Shown piece after piece: positions 10,041-18,648 of a DNA stretch of 64,000 nt. The notes beneath the pieces are model-generated. The model saw nothing but the letters and a program-made list of their open reading frames with translations. It had not been told where the DNA came from and searched no databases. Where the stretch lies: positions 9,164 through 73,163 of the forward strand of contig CALRUM020000008.1 of the NCBI GenBank assembly GCA_943371375.1, in the 5' to 3' direction. The position numbers and the translations under genes are program-made. Numbering within the stretch: the first letter of the stretch is position 1; every line of letters begins with the position of its first letter. Origin of the DNA: Asaia bogorensis (GTDB lineage: Bacteria > Pseudomonadota > Gammaproteobacteria > Burkholderiales > Burkholderiaceae_C).

Positions 10041-12998
10041 ATGCTGACTTCGTGGGGGCTTCGTTCTCGTCTGGTGGCGCTGATTCTGGTCGCCATGCTG
10101 CCCCTGCTTGGCCTGCTGGTGTGGGCCCTGGTGGACCTGCAAGCGGACGCAGCCACACTGGTGCTGCAGGCGCTTGTCCTGCTGGCTGCCGCGCTGGCAG
10201 GCCTTGCCGTCGCCTGGTTCATGGGCCAGCGCATGATCGTCGATCCGGCGGCTGCCATTTTGCGCGAAGCCCGGGAGCTGGCGCGAGGCAACCTTGCGGC
10301 GCGGGTGGCCACCGTCACCGTGGACCGGGGCGAGCTGGGGCAGCTTGCCAGCACATTCAACAGCATGGCCGAATCCCTTCAGATGCGCCAGCGCGCGCTG
10401 GACCAGACGCTGCTGGAGGTCGGCAAAGAGCGCGCCATGCTGGACCTGATCATCAACAGCATGAGTGAAGGCGTGATTGCGGTGGATCTGCAGGACCGCT
10501 TTCTGCTGTTCAACGCGGCCGCGAGAAAAACCTTTGTAGAGCATCAGGCCGGCATGACGCTGACGCAATGGCGCCAGTGCCACGAGTTGCTGGTGCTCGG
10601 CCAGGAGCGGGTGTGTGAATCGCAGGACAGGCCCTTGAGCCGCGCGCTGCGCGGAGAGAGTGTGGACGGCCTGGACATGGTGCTGCGCCTGCCGTATCAG
10701 GAGGACCGGGTGCTGCGCAACAACGTGCGGCCGCTGCATGATGAAAGCGGCAGCCTGGTGGGGGCCCTGGCGGTGTTCACCGACATCACCGAGCGTCAGG
10801 CGGCCAAGGACTTTGCCCGCGACCAGGAGCAGGTGCTGGAGCTGATGGCTGGTGGCGTGCCCCTGCAGGAATCGCTGGACGCCATCGTGCGGCTGATCGA
10901 AGGCCGCGCACCGGGCAGCCTGTGCGCCATCATGTTGCGAGTGGGCGCGCAGCTGCGGCATGGCGCGGCGCCCAGTCTGCCGGCAGAACTGAACCGCCGC
11001 CTCGACGGGCTGGAAATTGCCGAAGGTGCGAGTGCCTGTGGAACCGCAGCTGCGCGAAAAAAAGCCGTAGTGGTCAGCGACATCGAACACGACCCCCTGA
11101 TGCGCAACTACCTGGCGCTGGCGCACGAGTTTGACCTGCAGGCGTGCTGGTCCACGCCGGTGCTCTCGGCCAGCGGCGCGGTGCTGGCCACCTTTGCGAT
11201 ATACCACCGCGCACCGTATGAGCCGCAAGCGCGCGACCACACCCTGGTGGAGTCCGCCGTCAGGCTGGCGCGTATTGCGATCGAAAGTGCCCGCGCCGGC
11301 CAAGCCCTGCTGGTCAGTGAGGCGCGGTTTCGCGAGCTTGCGGAGAACGTCGAGTCGGTGTTTTACAACCGTGACTTCGCCAGCGGCCGGTTTCTGTATG
11401 TCAGTCCCGCTTACGAAGAGCTTTGGGGCCGCAGCATAGCCAGCCTGGCTGACCAGCCCGATTCCTTCGGGCGCGGCATCCACCCGGACGATCAGGCCCA
11501 GCAGGCGCAGGGTGCACAGGCGCAGGCCAGTGGCGTCAGCACGCACCTGGAATACCGCATCATTCGCCCTGATGGCGCGGTGCGCTGGATTCGGGACCAT
11601 GCCTATCCGGTGACCAATTCTGCGGGTGTGGTGGAGCGGGTGGTGGGCACCGCGCGCGACATCACCGATCGCAAGCTGGCCGACCTGGAACTGGCGCGCA
11701 CCCACCGCGCGCTGCAAATGCTCAGCCGCTGCAATGAAACCGTGATCCGCGTGGACGACGAAGCCGGTTTGCTCAACGAGGTCTGCCGGCTGGCGGTTGA
11801 TCTGGGCGGTTACCGCATGGCCTGGGTCGGGTTTGCGCTCGACGACGAGGCCGGCAGCATTGTGCCCATGGCGCGCGCCGGACATGATGAGGGCTACCTG
11901 GCCAGCATCAAGCTCAGCTGGCACGACAGCGAAGAGATCGGACGCGGCCCCGCCGGCGAGGCCATCCGCAGCGGCCAGCCGCAGCAGCGCAGCGACATCA
12001 GCCAGCCGGACGCACATTTCAACTGGCATGTCCCGGCGATGGAGCGCGGTTACCGCAGCGCATTGATGCTGCCGCTGCGCGATGGCGCCCAGACCTTCGG
12101 CCTGTTGGGGCTGTATGCATCCGAGGTTCAGCTTTTCGCCGCTGAAGAGGTCAAGCTGTTGCAGGACATGGCCGATAACCTGGCGTTCGGCATCGGCAAC
12201 GTGCGCGCACGCCTGGAGCGAAAGCGCGCGCAGGAAGAAGTGCTGCGCCTGAACGCCAGCCTGGAAGACCGGGTGCAACAGCGCACCGCGCAGCTGGAGT
12301 TTGCCAACAAGCAGCTCGAGGCCTTTTCGTACTCCGTGTCGCACGATCTGCGCACGCCGCTCAGTGCTGTCGACGGGTTCAGCAACCTGCTGGCCCGCGA
12401 TCTGGACAACGCTGCAGCAACCGAGCGCAGCCGGCACTACCTGGCACGCATACGGGCCGGGGTCGCGCAGATGGGCGAGCTGATTGACGCCCTGCTGTCG
12501 CTGGCCCAGGTCTCACGCACCAGCCTGCGCTGGGACCAGGTGGACCTCAGCGCGATGGCCGATGCCATCTTCGCTGCGCTGCGCGAGCGTGAGCCCGAGC
12601 GCGATGTTGTGCTCGATATCCAGCCGGGACTGCGGGCCAGAGGCGACGCGCGCCTGTTGCAGCAGGTGCTCGCCAACCTGCTCGGCAACGCCTGGAAGTT
12701 CTGCGGAAAACAGCCGCAGACCCTGATTTCGTTCCGGCGCGAAAGTGCGTCGGACGCCGAAGACCTGTACGCCGTGCAGGACAACGGCGCCGGCTTCGAC
12801 ATGAGTTATTCGGACAAGCTGTTTGGCGCATTCCAGCGCCTGCACACGGTCTCAGAGTTCAGTGGGACCGGCGTCGGGCTGGCCACGGTTCACCGCATCA
12901 TCACGCGCCACGGCGGCAGGGTCTGGGCGACCTCCGAGCCGGGACAGGGTGCGACCTTTTATTTCACACTCGGCAACGCACCCAGCGACGAGGGCTGA
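10041..12998 (+). CDS. Multi-sensor histidine kinase (TM-HAMP-PAS-GAF-PAS/PAC-GAF-HisKA-HATPase)
   Basis: H-box FSYSVSHDLRTPL, N-box NLLGNAWKF, G1 DNGAGF, G2 GTGVGL; HAMP DELGQLASTFNSM; PAS/PAC IHPDD...EYRIIRPDGAVRWI. Confidence 0.93.
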   Translation: MLTSWGLRSRLVALILVAMLPLLGLLVWALVDLQADAATLVLQALVLLAAALAGLAVAWFMGQRMIVDPAAAILREARELARGNLAARVATVTVDRGELGQLASTFNSMAESLQMRQRALDQTLLEVGKERAMLDLIINSMSEGVIAVDLQDRFLLFNAAARKTFVEHQAGMTLTQWRQCHELLVLGQERVCESQDRPLSRALRGESVDGLDMVLRLPYQEDRVLRNNVRPLHDESGSLVGALAVFTDITERQAAKDFARDQEQVLELMAGGVPLQESLDAIVRLIEGRAPGSLCAIMLRVGAQLRHGAAPSLPAELNRRLDGLEIAEGASACGTAAARKKAVVVSDIEHDPLMRNYLALAHEFDLQACWSTPVLSASGAVLATFAIYHRAPYEPQARDHTLVESAVRLARIAIESARAGQALLVSEARFRELAENVESVFYNRDFASGRFLYVSPAYEELWGRSIASLADQPDSFGRGIHPDDQAQQAQGAQAQASGVSTHLEYRIIRPDGAVRWIRDHAYPVTNSAGVVERVVGTARDITDRKLADLELARTHRALQMLSRCNETVIRVDDEAGLLNEVCRLAVDLGGYRMAWVGFALDDEAGSIVPMARAGHDEGYLASIKLSWHDSEEIGRGPAGEAIRSGQPQQRSDISQPDAHFNWHVPAMERGYRSALMLPLRDGAQTFGLLGLYASEVQLFAAEEVKLLQDMADNLAFGIGNVRARLERKRAQEEVLRLNASLEDRVQQRTAQLEFANKQLEAFSYSVSHDLRTPLSAVDGFSNLLARDLDNAAATERSRHYLARIRAGVAQMGELIDALLSLAQVSRTSLRWDQVDLSAMADAIFAALREREPERDVVLDIQPGLRARGDARLLQQVLANLLGNAWKFCGKQPQTLISFRRESASDAEDLYAVQDNGAGFDMSYSDKLFGAFQRLHTVSEFSGTGVGLATVHRIITRHGGRVWATSEPGQGATFYFTLGNAPSDEG

Positions 12999-13019
12999 GC
13001 GGGCAATGATCGAAGACGC

Positions 13020-13574
13020 TCAATAAAACCCGCGCTGCAGCAGGGTTTCGCGCAAGCTCGTGGCCTTGTTGGCATCAAAAGCGCCAGCGGCGCGGGCCAG
13101 TACCTCGCCATCCCGGTTGATGACCACGGCATACACCTGGTCGGTGCCGTCCAGGCCGGCCGAGCGGACAAACCGCTCCCGGTCGGTGAACACCGGCAGC
13201 AGCCGGGCGCGCTCTGCACCTTCGGGGTAGTGGCGCAAAAGCCGGGTTTCTATCAGCCCGCGTGCGTCGGGGTTGCCCGGGTCATTGAGTATCGGCATGC
13301 GCATCCAGGCTATCGACGGGTCGGCGCGCAGGTTCAGGCCCTGGATCCAGCCTTCAATGTGTTCCCGCTGGGTGCTGCGGAACGCAATCAGCGCCAGCGT
13401 GCGTTCGGCCGGCAGGCCGCCGGGTACGGTGATGGCTTGCTGGGTCAGGGTGCGCGCCATGAATGCCGGCAACTGGCCCATGACGCTGCTTTCGCTGGGC
13501 GCTGCGGCCGCAAGCAGCACAGCAGTGGAGACAGCCAGCAGCCATGCTGCAATTCCGGGCCAGGGCGTGGTCAT
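13020..13574 (-). CDS. Exported hypothetical protein, possible thioredoxin-like/ATP10-like fold
   Basis: Signal-peptide-like N-terminus; TLALIAFRSTQREHIEGW and VYAVVINRDGEVLARAAG resemble a thioredoxin-fold pattern without CxxC. Fold is an inference. Confidence 0.6.
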   Translation of the reverse strand: MTTPWPGIAAWLLAVSTAVLLAAAAPSESSVMGQLPAFMARTLTQQAITVPGGLPAERTLALIAFRSTQREHIEGWIQGLNLRADPSIAWMRMPILNDPGNPDARGLIETRLLRHYPEGAERARLLPVFTDRERFVRSAGLDGTDQVYAVVINRDGEVLARAAGAFDANKATSLRETLLQRGFY

Positions 13575-13749
13575 GTTGAGCTCCCAAAAGCGAAACCAGA
13601 AATCCGGTGAATGCAAGATACCTGCCTGCCAGAACCGGGCGGCGCTATTTGGGAACAAACTGTTTATTACTGTTCGGTAATATTTTGACTTTATGGTTGA
13701 AAATAACTCAAAGGCTTTGCGTTTTGACGTGACTGGCTAAAATAAGAGC

Positions 13750-14418
13750 ATGAGCACCACCATCACCTCCCCCACCCAGGCGCGTACTGAGCAGGCGGCC
13801 GAGCGCCCGGCCAAGGTCTCTTTCAAGGCGCAAATGCTGGCAGCGCGGGAAGACGCGATTGTGCGGGCGGTCAATCGCCTGCTCGCAGAAAAGGGGTTTG
13901 ATCTGATGACGGTGGACGAGGTGGCGGCGGATGTCGGCATTGCCAAAGCCAGTCTTTACAAACATTTCCCCAGCAAGGAAGACCTGGCCGCTGCGGCCAT
14001 GGTGCGGGTGGTGGAGCTGGCGCAGGCCTTTCTGGCTGGTCTGCCGGCAGACGCGGAGCCGCTGCAGCAGCTCAAGGCCATGGTGCGCTGGATGCTGAAG
14101 CTGCAGCTGGCCGGCGAGATGCCGTCGCTGCCGCACCAGAACTCCAGCCTGCGCACCACGCTGGTCAACAACAAGGCGTATCTGGACGGCCTGGTGCGCA
14201 TCAGCGACCAGATCGGTGCCTGGATAGAACGCGCGCAAAAGGCCGGATCGCTGGACCCCAGCCTGCCGCCCCTTCTGGTGCTGTACACGCTCTACGCCAG
14301 GGCTTGCGACTCGGTGCTCGAGTTTTTGCGGGCCAGTGGTTTGTACAGCGACGAAGAAATCGTCGAGCTGGTGATCCGCACCTGCTTTGATGGCCTGAAC
14401 GCCAGATCGGCCCGGTAG
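13750..14418 (+). CDS. TetR/AcrR-family transcriptional regulator
   Basis: HTH LLAEKGFDLMTVDEVAADVGIAKASLYKHFPSKEDL. Confidence 0.93.
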   Translation: MSTTITSPTQARTEQAAERPAKVSFKAQMLAAREDAIVRAVNRLLAEKGFDLMTVDEVAADVGIAKASLYKHFPSKEDLAAAAMVRVVELAQAFLAGLPADAEPLQQLKAMVRWMLKLQLAGEMPSLPHQNSSLRTTLVNNKAYLDGLVRISDQIGAWIERAQKAGSLDPSLPPLLVLYTLYARACDSVLEFLRASGLYSDEEIVELVIRTCFDGLNARSAR

Positions 14419-14510
14419 CGGCGCGCTGGCGTGGGCGCCGATTACATGGCGTAACCATTTGGTGGCGCTGCCCCCGCGCCATGCAGGGGCCGGGGCTGCA
14501 GCCTGGATAA

Positions 14511-14568
14511 GCTATCGATACGATAGCTGCTGACGCCCGCCCAGCAAGGGCTAGAGCCCGATTTTGAT
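14511..14568 (+). repeat. REP-like repeat family A, copy overlapping the 3' end of the metallophosphoesterase gene
   Basis: Head GCTATCGATACGATAGC at 14511-14527, body TGCTGACGCCCGCCCAGCAAGGGCTAGAGCCCGATTTTGAT. Confidence 0.8.
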
Positions 14569-15405
14569 CAGCAAATCGGGCTGAAAGCCGTCCTGCTCGC
14601 CCTTGCGCGCGTAGCCCAGGGGGTTGGCCACCACCCGGCAGCCGTTTTGCACATAGTCGCTGGGGCAATGCAGATGGCCATGCAGCCACAGCTGCGCCTG
14701 GGCCAGCAGCTCATCGAGGGCATTGCAAAAACCCGCTGTGCCCGGTGCCCGGCCGTAACGCGGGTCGGCACTCAGCAGGCTGGGCGCAAAGTGCGTCACC
14801 ACCACGGTCGGGCCGGCAAAAGGCCGGGCCAGCGCCTGGCGCAGCCAGGCCTGGCTTTGCACACCCTGGGCGCGCACCGCGTCGGCCAGCATGGGCTCGC
14901 CGTTCTGCAATGCATGGTGTTTGCGCAGGTAAAAGTTGGCGGCGCGAAAGGCCTTTTCCCTGGCCTTCAGCTGCCCGGCCAGCGTCTGGGCGGGGTCCGT
15001 GACCGGGTCGGGTGCCAGCGCATCAAAGTCGGTCCACAGCGTGCTGCCGACAAAACGCACACCAGCGATTTCCAGCACCTCGCGCTCCAGCCAGATCAGC
15101 CCCAGGCGCTGGCAGACCTCGCGCAGGCGCGCGCCTGCGGCGGCAAAATCCAGGCCGTCGTATTCATGGTTGCCGGGCAAAAAAAGCACGGGAGTCGGCC
15201 AGCCAGCCCCACCTTGCGCCACCGGCAAGGGTGAAAAACGGGCCAGCCCGAAGTCGCTGTCGTGCAGCAGGTCGGCCAGCAGGGAGCCGGGCTGGTAAGA
15301 GCCGATGTCGCCGGCCAGCACCAGCAGGTCAGCGCCGGGGACCGGGCGGGCGACAAAATGCGGGTTTGATTCAAGGTGCAGATCGGACAGGAGCTGGATG
15401 TTCAC
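14551..15405 (-). CDS. Calcineurin-like metallophosphoesterase
   Basis: SDLHLE, LAGDIG, PGNHEY, VVTHFAP, WLHGHLH motifs; GTG start at 15405. Confidence 0.9.
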   Translation of the reverse strand: MNIQLLSDLHLESNPHFVARPVPGADLLVLAGDIGSYQPGSLLADLLHDSDFGLARFSPLPVAQGGAGWPTPVLFLPGNHEYDGLDFAAAGARLREVCQRLGLIWLEREVLEIAGVRFVGSTLWTDFDALAPDPVTDPAQTLAGQLKAREKAFRAANFYLRKHHALQNGEPMLADAVRAQGVQSQAWLRQALARPFAGPTVVVTHFAPSLLSADPRYGRAPGTAGFCNALDELLAQAQLWLHGHLHCPSDYVQNGCRVVANPLGYARKGEQDGFQPDLLIKIGL

Positions 15406-15588
15406 CGGTCGATTGTGCAGGAAGGCCTGGGCGCGCCGGATGCACAGGGCTTGCCAGGACCCCATGCCCGCTTTTCGCCAAACTATGCGGTTTGTGCATG
15501 GCAAAAGCGCGGTTTTGGGCTTGCAACCCTAGGGAAAACCCTTAATCTGGAGGTATTGCAACTCTGGACGCCGAACCGGCGACCTTCC

Positions 15589-15765
15589 ATGTATCAACTT
15601 TTGAATCAGGTTTTCCGTTTTCTTCCCCGCCTGAAGCGTGTGGCGCCGGTCAATGGCGTGGCCCACAACCTGCTGGAGCGCGCCGAGGCCCGCGCCGGAC
15701 GAAATCCCCACCAGGCGCAAGAGCTGCGCCGCGCAGCCTTTGCCTACCTCAGCGTGGTCCGCTGA
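15589..15765 (+). CDS. Small hypothetical protein (58 aa)
   Basis: MYQLLNQVFRFLPRLKRV...AHNLLERAEARAGRNPHQAQELRRAAFAYLSVVR; fills the gap between flanking genes with plausible codon use. Confidence 0.55.
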   Translation: MYQLLNQVFRFLPRLKRVAPVNGVAHNLLERAEARAGRNPHQAQELRRAAFAYLSVVR

Positions 15766-15789
15766 TCGGCTGGCAGGTCAGGCCGGTCC

Positions 15790-16785
15790 CTAAAGCTTCA
15801 CGCCCGCCCCTTTGACGGTGGGTGCCAGCAGCGCGACCTGTTCCTTCACGAAGCCGGCAAAGGCGGTGGGGCTGGTCGGGCTGGTCGTGATGCCGAGATC
15901 GAGCATGCGTTTTTTGATGTCCTTGCCCGCCAGGATGTCGTTGCAGGCTGCGTTGAGCCGTGCCACCACCTCGGGCGGCATTTTGGCCGGACCGCTGAGC
16001 CCGAAAAAGTTCTCCAGCACCAGCTTGCGGTAGCCAAACTCCAGCACGCTGGGCACTTCGGGCACCAGCGCGGAGCGGCTGGCCGAGGTGACAGCCAGCG
16101 GCACCAGCTGGCCGCTCTTGAAGTAGGGCACAAACGCCGTCAGCACATCAATACCCACGGGGATCACGCCGGCGATCAGATCCGTCGTCATCGGTGCGCC
16201 GCCCCGGTAGGGGATGTGCACCAGGCTCACACCCATGTTTTTTTTCATGAGCTCGCCGTAAATGTGCCCGATCGACGCCGGCCCCCCCGAGCCAAAGTCG
16301 AGCCGCCCGAGTTTGCGCGCCTGTGACTCCAGGTCGGGCAGGGTTTTGATTGGTGCAGCCGGATTCGCCATCACCACGCAAGGTGCGTTGCCGATCAGCG
16401 CAATGTGGGTGAAACTTTCGACCGGGTCGTAGGGCTGCTTCTCGAGGGCAAAAGGACCGATTGAAATCGGCGTGGAGTTGCTCAGCATCAGGGTGTAGCC
16501 GTCGGCGGGCGCCTGTGCGACCAGCAGGCCGCCCACACTGCCGCCGGCGCCGGGCCGGTTGTCGACCACCACCGCCTGTCCGAGTTTTTTTCCGAGCTGC
16601 TCGGCCATGACCCTGGCCACAATGTCACTGGCGCCGCCGGCTGGAAAGGTCACCACGATGCGGACCGGTTTGTCCGGCCAGGCCGCCAGCGCTGGCAGGG
16701 CCACGGAAGCGGCGCCCAGGGTCAGCGCCTTCAAGGCGCTGCGGCGGCGCAGCAGGAGGGGAGAAAGCGTGGTGTCGTTTGGCAT
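15790..16785 (-). CDS. Bug/TctC tripartite tricarboxylate transporter substrate-binding protein
   Basis: WPDKPVRIVVTFPAGGASDIVAR, DNRPGAGG, HIPYRGGAP motifs; Tat-like RRRSALK. Confidence 0.93.
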   Translation of the reverse strand: MPNDTTLSPLLLRRRSALKALTLGAASVALPALAAWPDKPVRIVVTFPAGGASDIVARVMAEQLGKKLGQAVVVDNRPGAGGSVGGLLVAQAPADGYTLMLSNSTPISIGPFALEKQPYDPVESFTHIALIGNAPCVVMANPAAPIKTLPDLESQARKLGRLDFGSGGPASIGHIYGELMKKNMGVSLVHIPYRGGAPMTTDLIAGVIPVGIDVLTAFVPYFKSGQLVPLAVTSASRSALVPEVPSVLEFGYRKLVLENFFGLSGPAKMPPEVVARLNAACNDILAGKDIKKRMLDLGITTSPTSPTAFAGFVKEQVALLAPTVKGAGVKL

Positions 16786-16883
16786 GCCGGATCCTTCGTG
16801 ATGAGTCTGCCGGGGGATGCAAATAACATGCCTTGGCGCCATGGCGCCCTCGTCCCGCGGCCTGGAACAGGCCGCGTTCCGGC

Positions 16884-17840
16884 TCAGCTGGAAAAGGCCT
16901 TGTCGGCGGCCCGAACCAGCGCCTGGCGCAACCAGACATGCCCGCTGTGCTGCTGCGCGCGGCGGTGCCACACGGCATCCACATGCACGGGCGACACGTC
17001 AAATGGCAAGGGCCGGAGCAGCAGCTGATCGGCGATACCCGTGACCCGCACAAAGTGGCGCGGCAGCACGGTCAGCAGGTTGGAGTTGGCCACCACCCGG
17101 CCCGCGGTGAAAAACTGGTTGACGGTCAGCACCACCTTGCGCTCGCGGCCCAGCGAGGCCAGCGACTCGTCGATAAAACCATAGGGCCGGCCGGAAAAAC
17201 TCACCAGCATGTGACGCGCTGCGCAGAAACGGTTCAGCGTCAGCGGGCCGCTGGCCAGCGGGTGGCCGGCCCGCATCACACACACATACTCGCCGTCGTA
17301 CAGCCGCAGGTGGTTAAACGGCATGGCCTCGCCGCTCTGGGCCCGGGCGGTGATGTCGGCCAGCACCGAGGGAAAGTGACCAACCGCCAGGTCACAGCTT
17401 TCTTCATCCAGCAGGCGGCGCGGATCGCGCGTGGTCAGGGGCACCACCCGGACGGAGACGCCCGGGGCTTCGAGCTCCAGGGTTTCAACCAGCCCGGGGA
17501 TCAGCTCAGCGGCGGTGGCATCGGCCATGGCCAGCACAAAGGTGGTGCTGGCGCTGGCCGGGACAAACTCGCTGGGCGTCAAGGACTCCTGCAACTGTTG
17601 CAGCGCTTCGCGCACCGAGGGCCAGATGGCCAGCGCACGTGGCGTGGGCGCCATGGCCTGGCCGCTGCGCTGCACCAGCTCATCGCCCAGGGTGTCGCGC
17701 AGCCGGCGCAATGCATTGCTGACGGCGGGCTGGGTCAGTGACAGGTTGCGTGCTGCCCGTGTGAGGCTGCGCTCGGCCATGACTTCATCAAAAACCCGAA
17801 GCAGGTTCAGGTCCAGGGTGCGAAAGTTGGGCGGTTTCAA
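16884..17840 (-). CDS. LysR-family transcriptional regulator (NodD/LeuO-like clade)
   Basis: LDLNLLRVFDEVMAERSLTRAARNLSLTQPAVSNALRRLR; TTG start. Confidence 0.92.
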   Translation of the reverse strand: MKPPNFRTLDLNLLRVFDEVMAERSLTRAARNLSLTQPAVSNALRRLRDTLGDELVQRSGQAMAPTPRALAIWPSVREALQQLQESLTPSEFVPASASTTFVLAMADATAAELIPGLVETLELEAPGVSVRVVPLTTRDPRRLLDEESCDLAVGHFPSVLADITARAQSGEAMPFNHLRLYDGEYVCVMRAGHPLASGPLTLNRFCAARHMLVSFSGRPYGFIDESLASLGRERKVVLTVNQFFTAGRVVANSNLLTVLPRHFVRVTGIADQLLLRPLPFDVSPVHVDAVWHRRAQQHSGHVWLRQALVRAADKAFSS

Positions 17841-17861
17841 GAGAGCAGCTTCCTGTGGCTA

Positions 17862-17935
17862 GGTCAATTATCACCAGTATGAATAACTAACATCATAAAG
17901 ATAAAGTTGAATAGCATAAGTATTAACCCTAGTAT
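17862..17935. promoter_or_regulatory. AT-rich divergent promoter region with LysR-type T-N11-A site
   Basis: Strongly AT-rich island (ATTATCACCAGTATGAATAACTAACATCATAAAGATAAAG) between the divergent LysR gene and a hypothetical gene. Confidence 0.5.
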
Positions 17936-17985
17936 CTGTCTGTGCCCAGCCAATATCGGTGGTGGCACTCATCAGGGGAAGCACC

Positions 17986-18519
17986 ATGACCAGTTTCATC
18001 AATGTCAAACATCCCGCCGAACATCCCGGCGTCGTTCGCGTCGAGGCCGCGCTGGCTGCCGCCGGGCAGCTGAAGAAGCAGGTCTCCGGCACACGTGGCC
18101 TGGCCACGCTGCTGCTGTCGGCCATGGTGGCCGCTGCCACGGTGGTGGCCTATCAGGTGATGGACAGCGTCGCCGAGGGCCATTTGCTGGTGGTCTGGAT
18201 CGCATTGTGGGCGGTGGCTTTTGCCGCATTGGCCCTGTTTGCCGGTGCCGCCCGCCGCCTGGCGACCCGCACCTTGAGCGGTCTGAACGACTGGTCGCAG
18301 GCGATTGCCCAGGCGCGCGCCGATGTGCGGCTCTGGGAAGCCGCCAAAGCGGACCCGCGTGTCATGGCCGACCTGCAAGTGGCGATGGCCCGCCAGGAAA
18401 GCAGCACTGAGGCTGCCGACGGCGCTGCTGCCCGGCCAGAGGGGGCTGCCAGGCCTGAGCCGCGCGGTCCATGGGACTTCGGGCGTGTGCTGCGCGGCTA
18501 CCCCAGCTACCGTCTCTGA
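17986..18519 (+). CDS. Hypothetical membrane protein (two TM helices)
   Basis: ATG at 17986 after GGGGA; hydrophobic ATLLLSAMVAAATVVAY and LLVVWIALWAVAFAALALF segments. Confidence 0.7.
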   Translation: MTSFINVKHPAEHPGVVRVEAALAAAGQLKKQVSGTRGLATLLLSAMVAAATVVAYQVMDSVAEGHLLVVWIALWAVAFAALALFAGAARRLATRTLSGLNDWSQAIAQARADVRLWEAAKADPRVMADLQVAMARQESSTEAADGAAARPEGAARPEPRGPWDFGRVLRGYPSYRL

Positions 18520-18542
18520 ACCGGCGCCTGCCGCAAGCTGAA

Positions 18543-18570
18543 AAAAAGCCACCTGGTCAGGTGGCTTTTT
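18543..18570. terminator. Bidirectional intrinsic terminator
   Basis: AAAAAGCCACCT-GGTC-AGGTGGCTTTTT perfect hairpin with A/T tracts on both sides, between convergent genes. Confidence 0.85.
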
Positions 18571-18648
18571 GCATTCCGGCGGCTGGCCGGAGATGTGTCT
18601 GGCGCGGCGCAGATCGTGCGCCCCGCCGAAACTCTTTCCGGTCGCCGG

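Noticed and set aside
9993-12437. Long antisense ORFs (also 18595-20586 +, 31100-33205 -, 35532-37634 +, 54565-56646 - and many shorter ones)
   Set aside because: Shadow ORFs expected opposite high-GC3 genes; they have no recognisable motifs and fully overlap well-supported CDSs.
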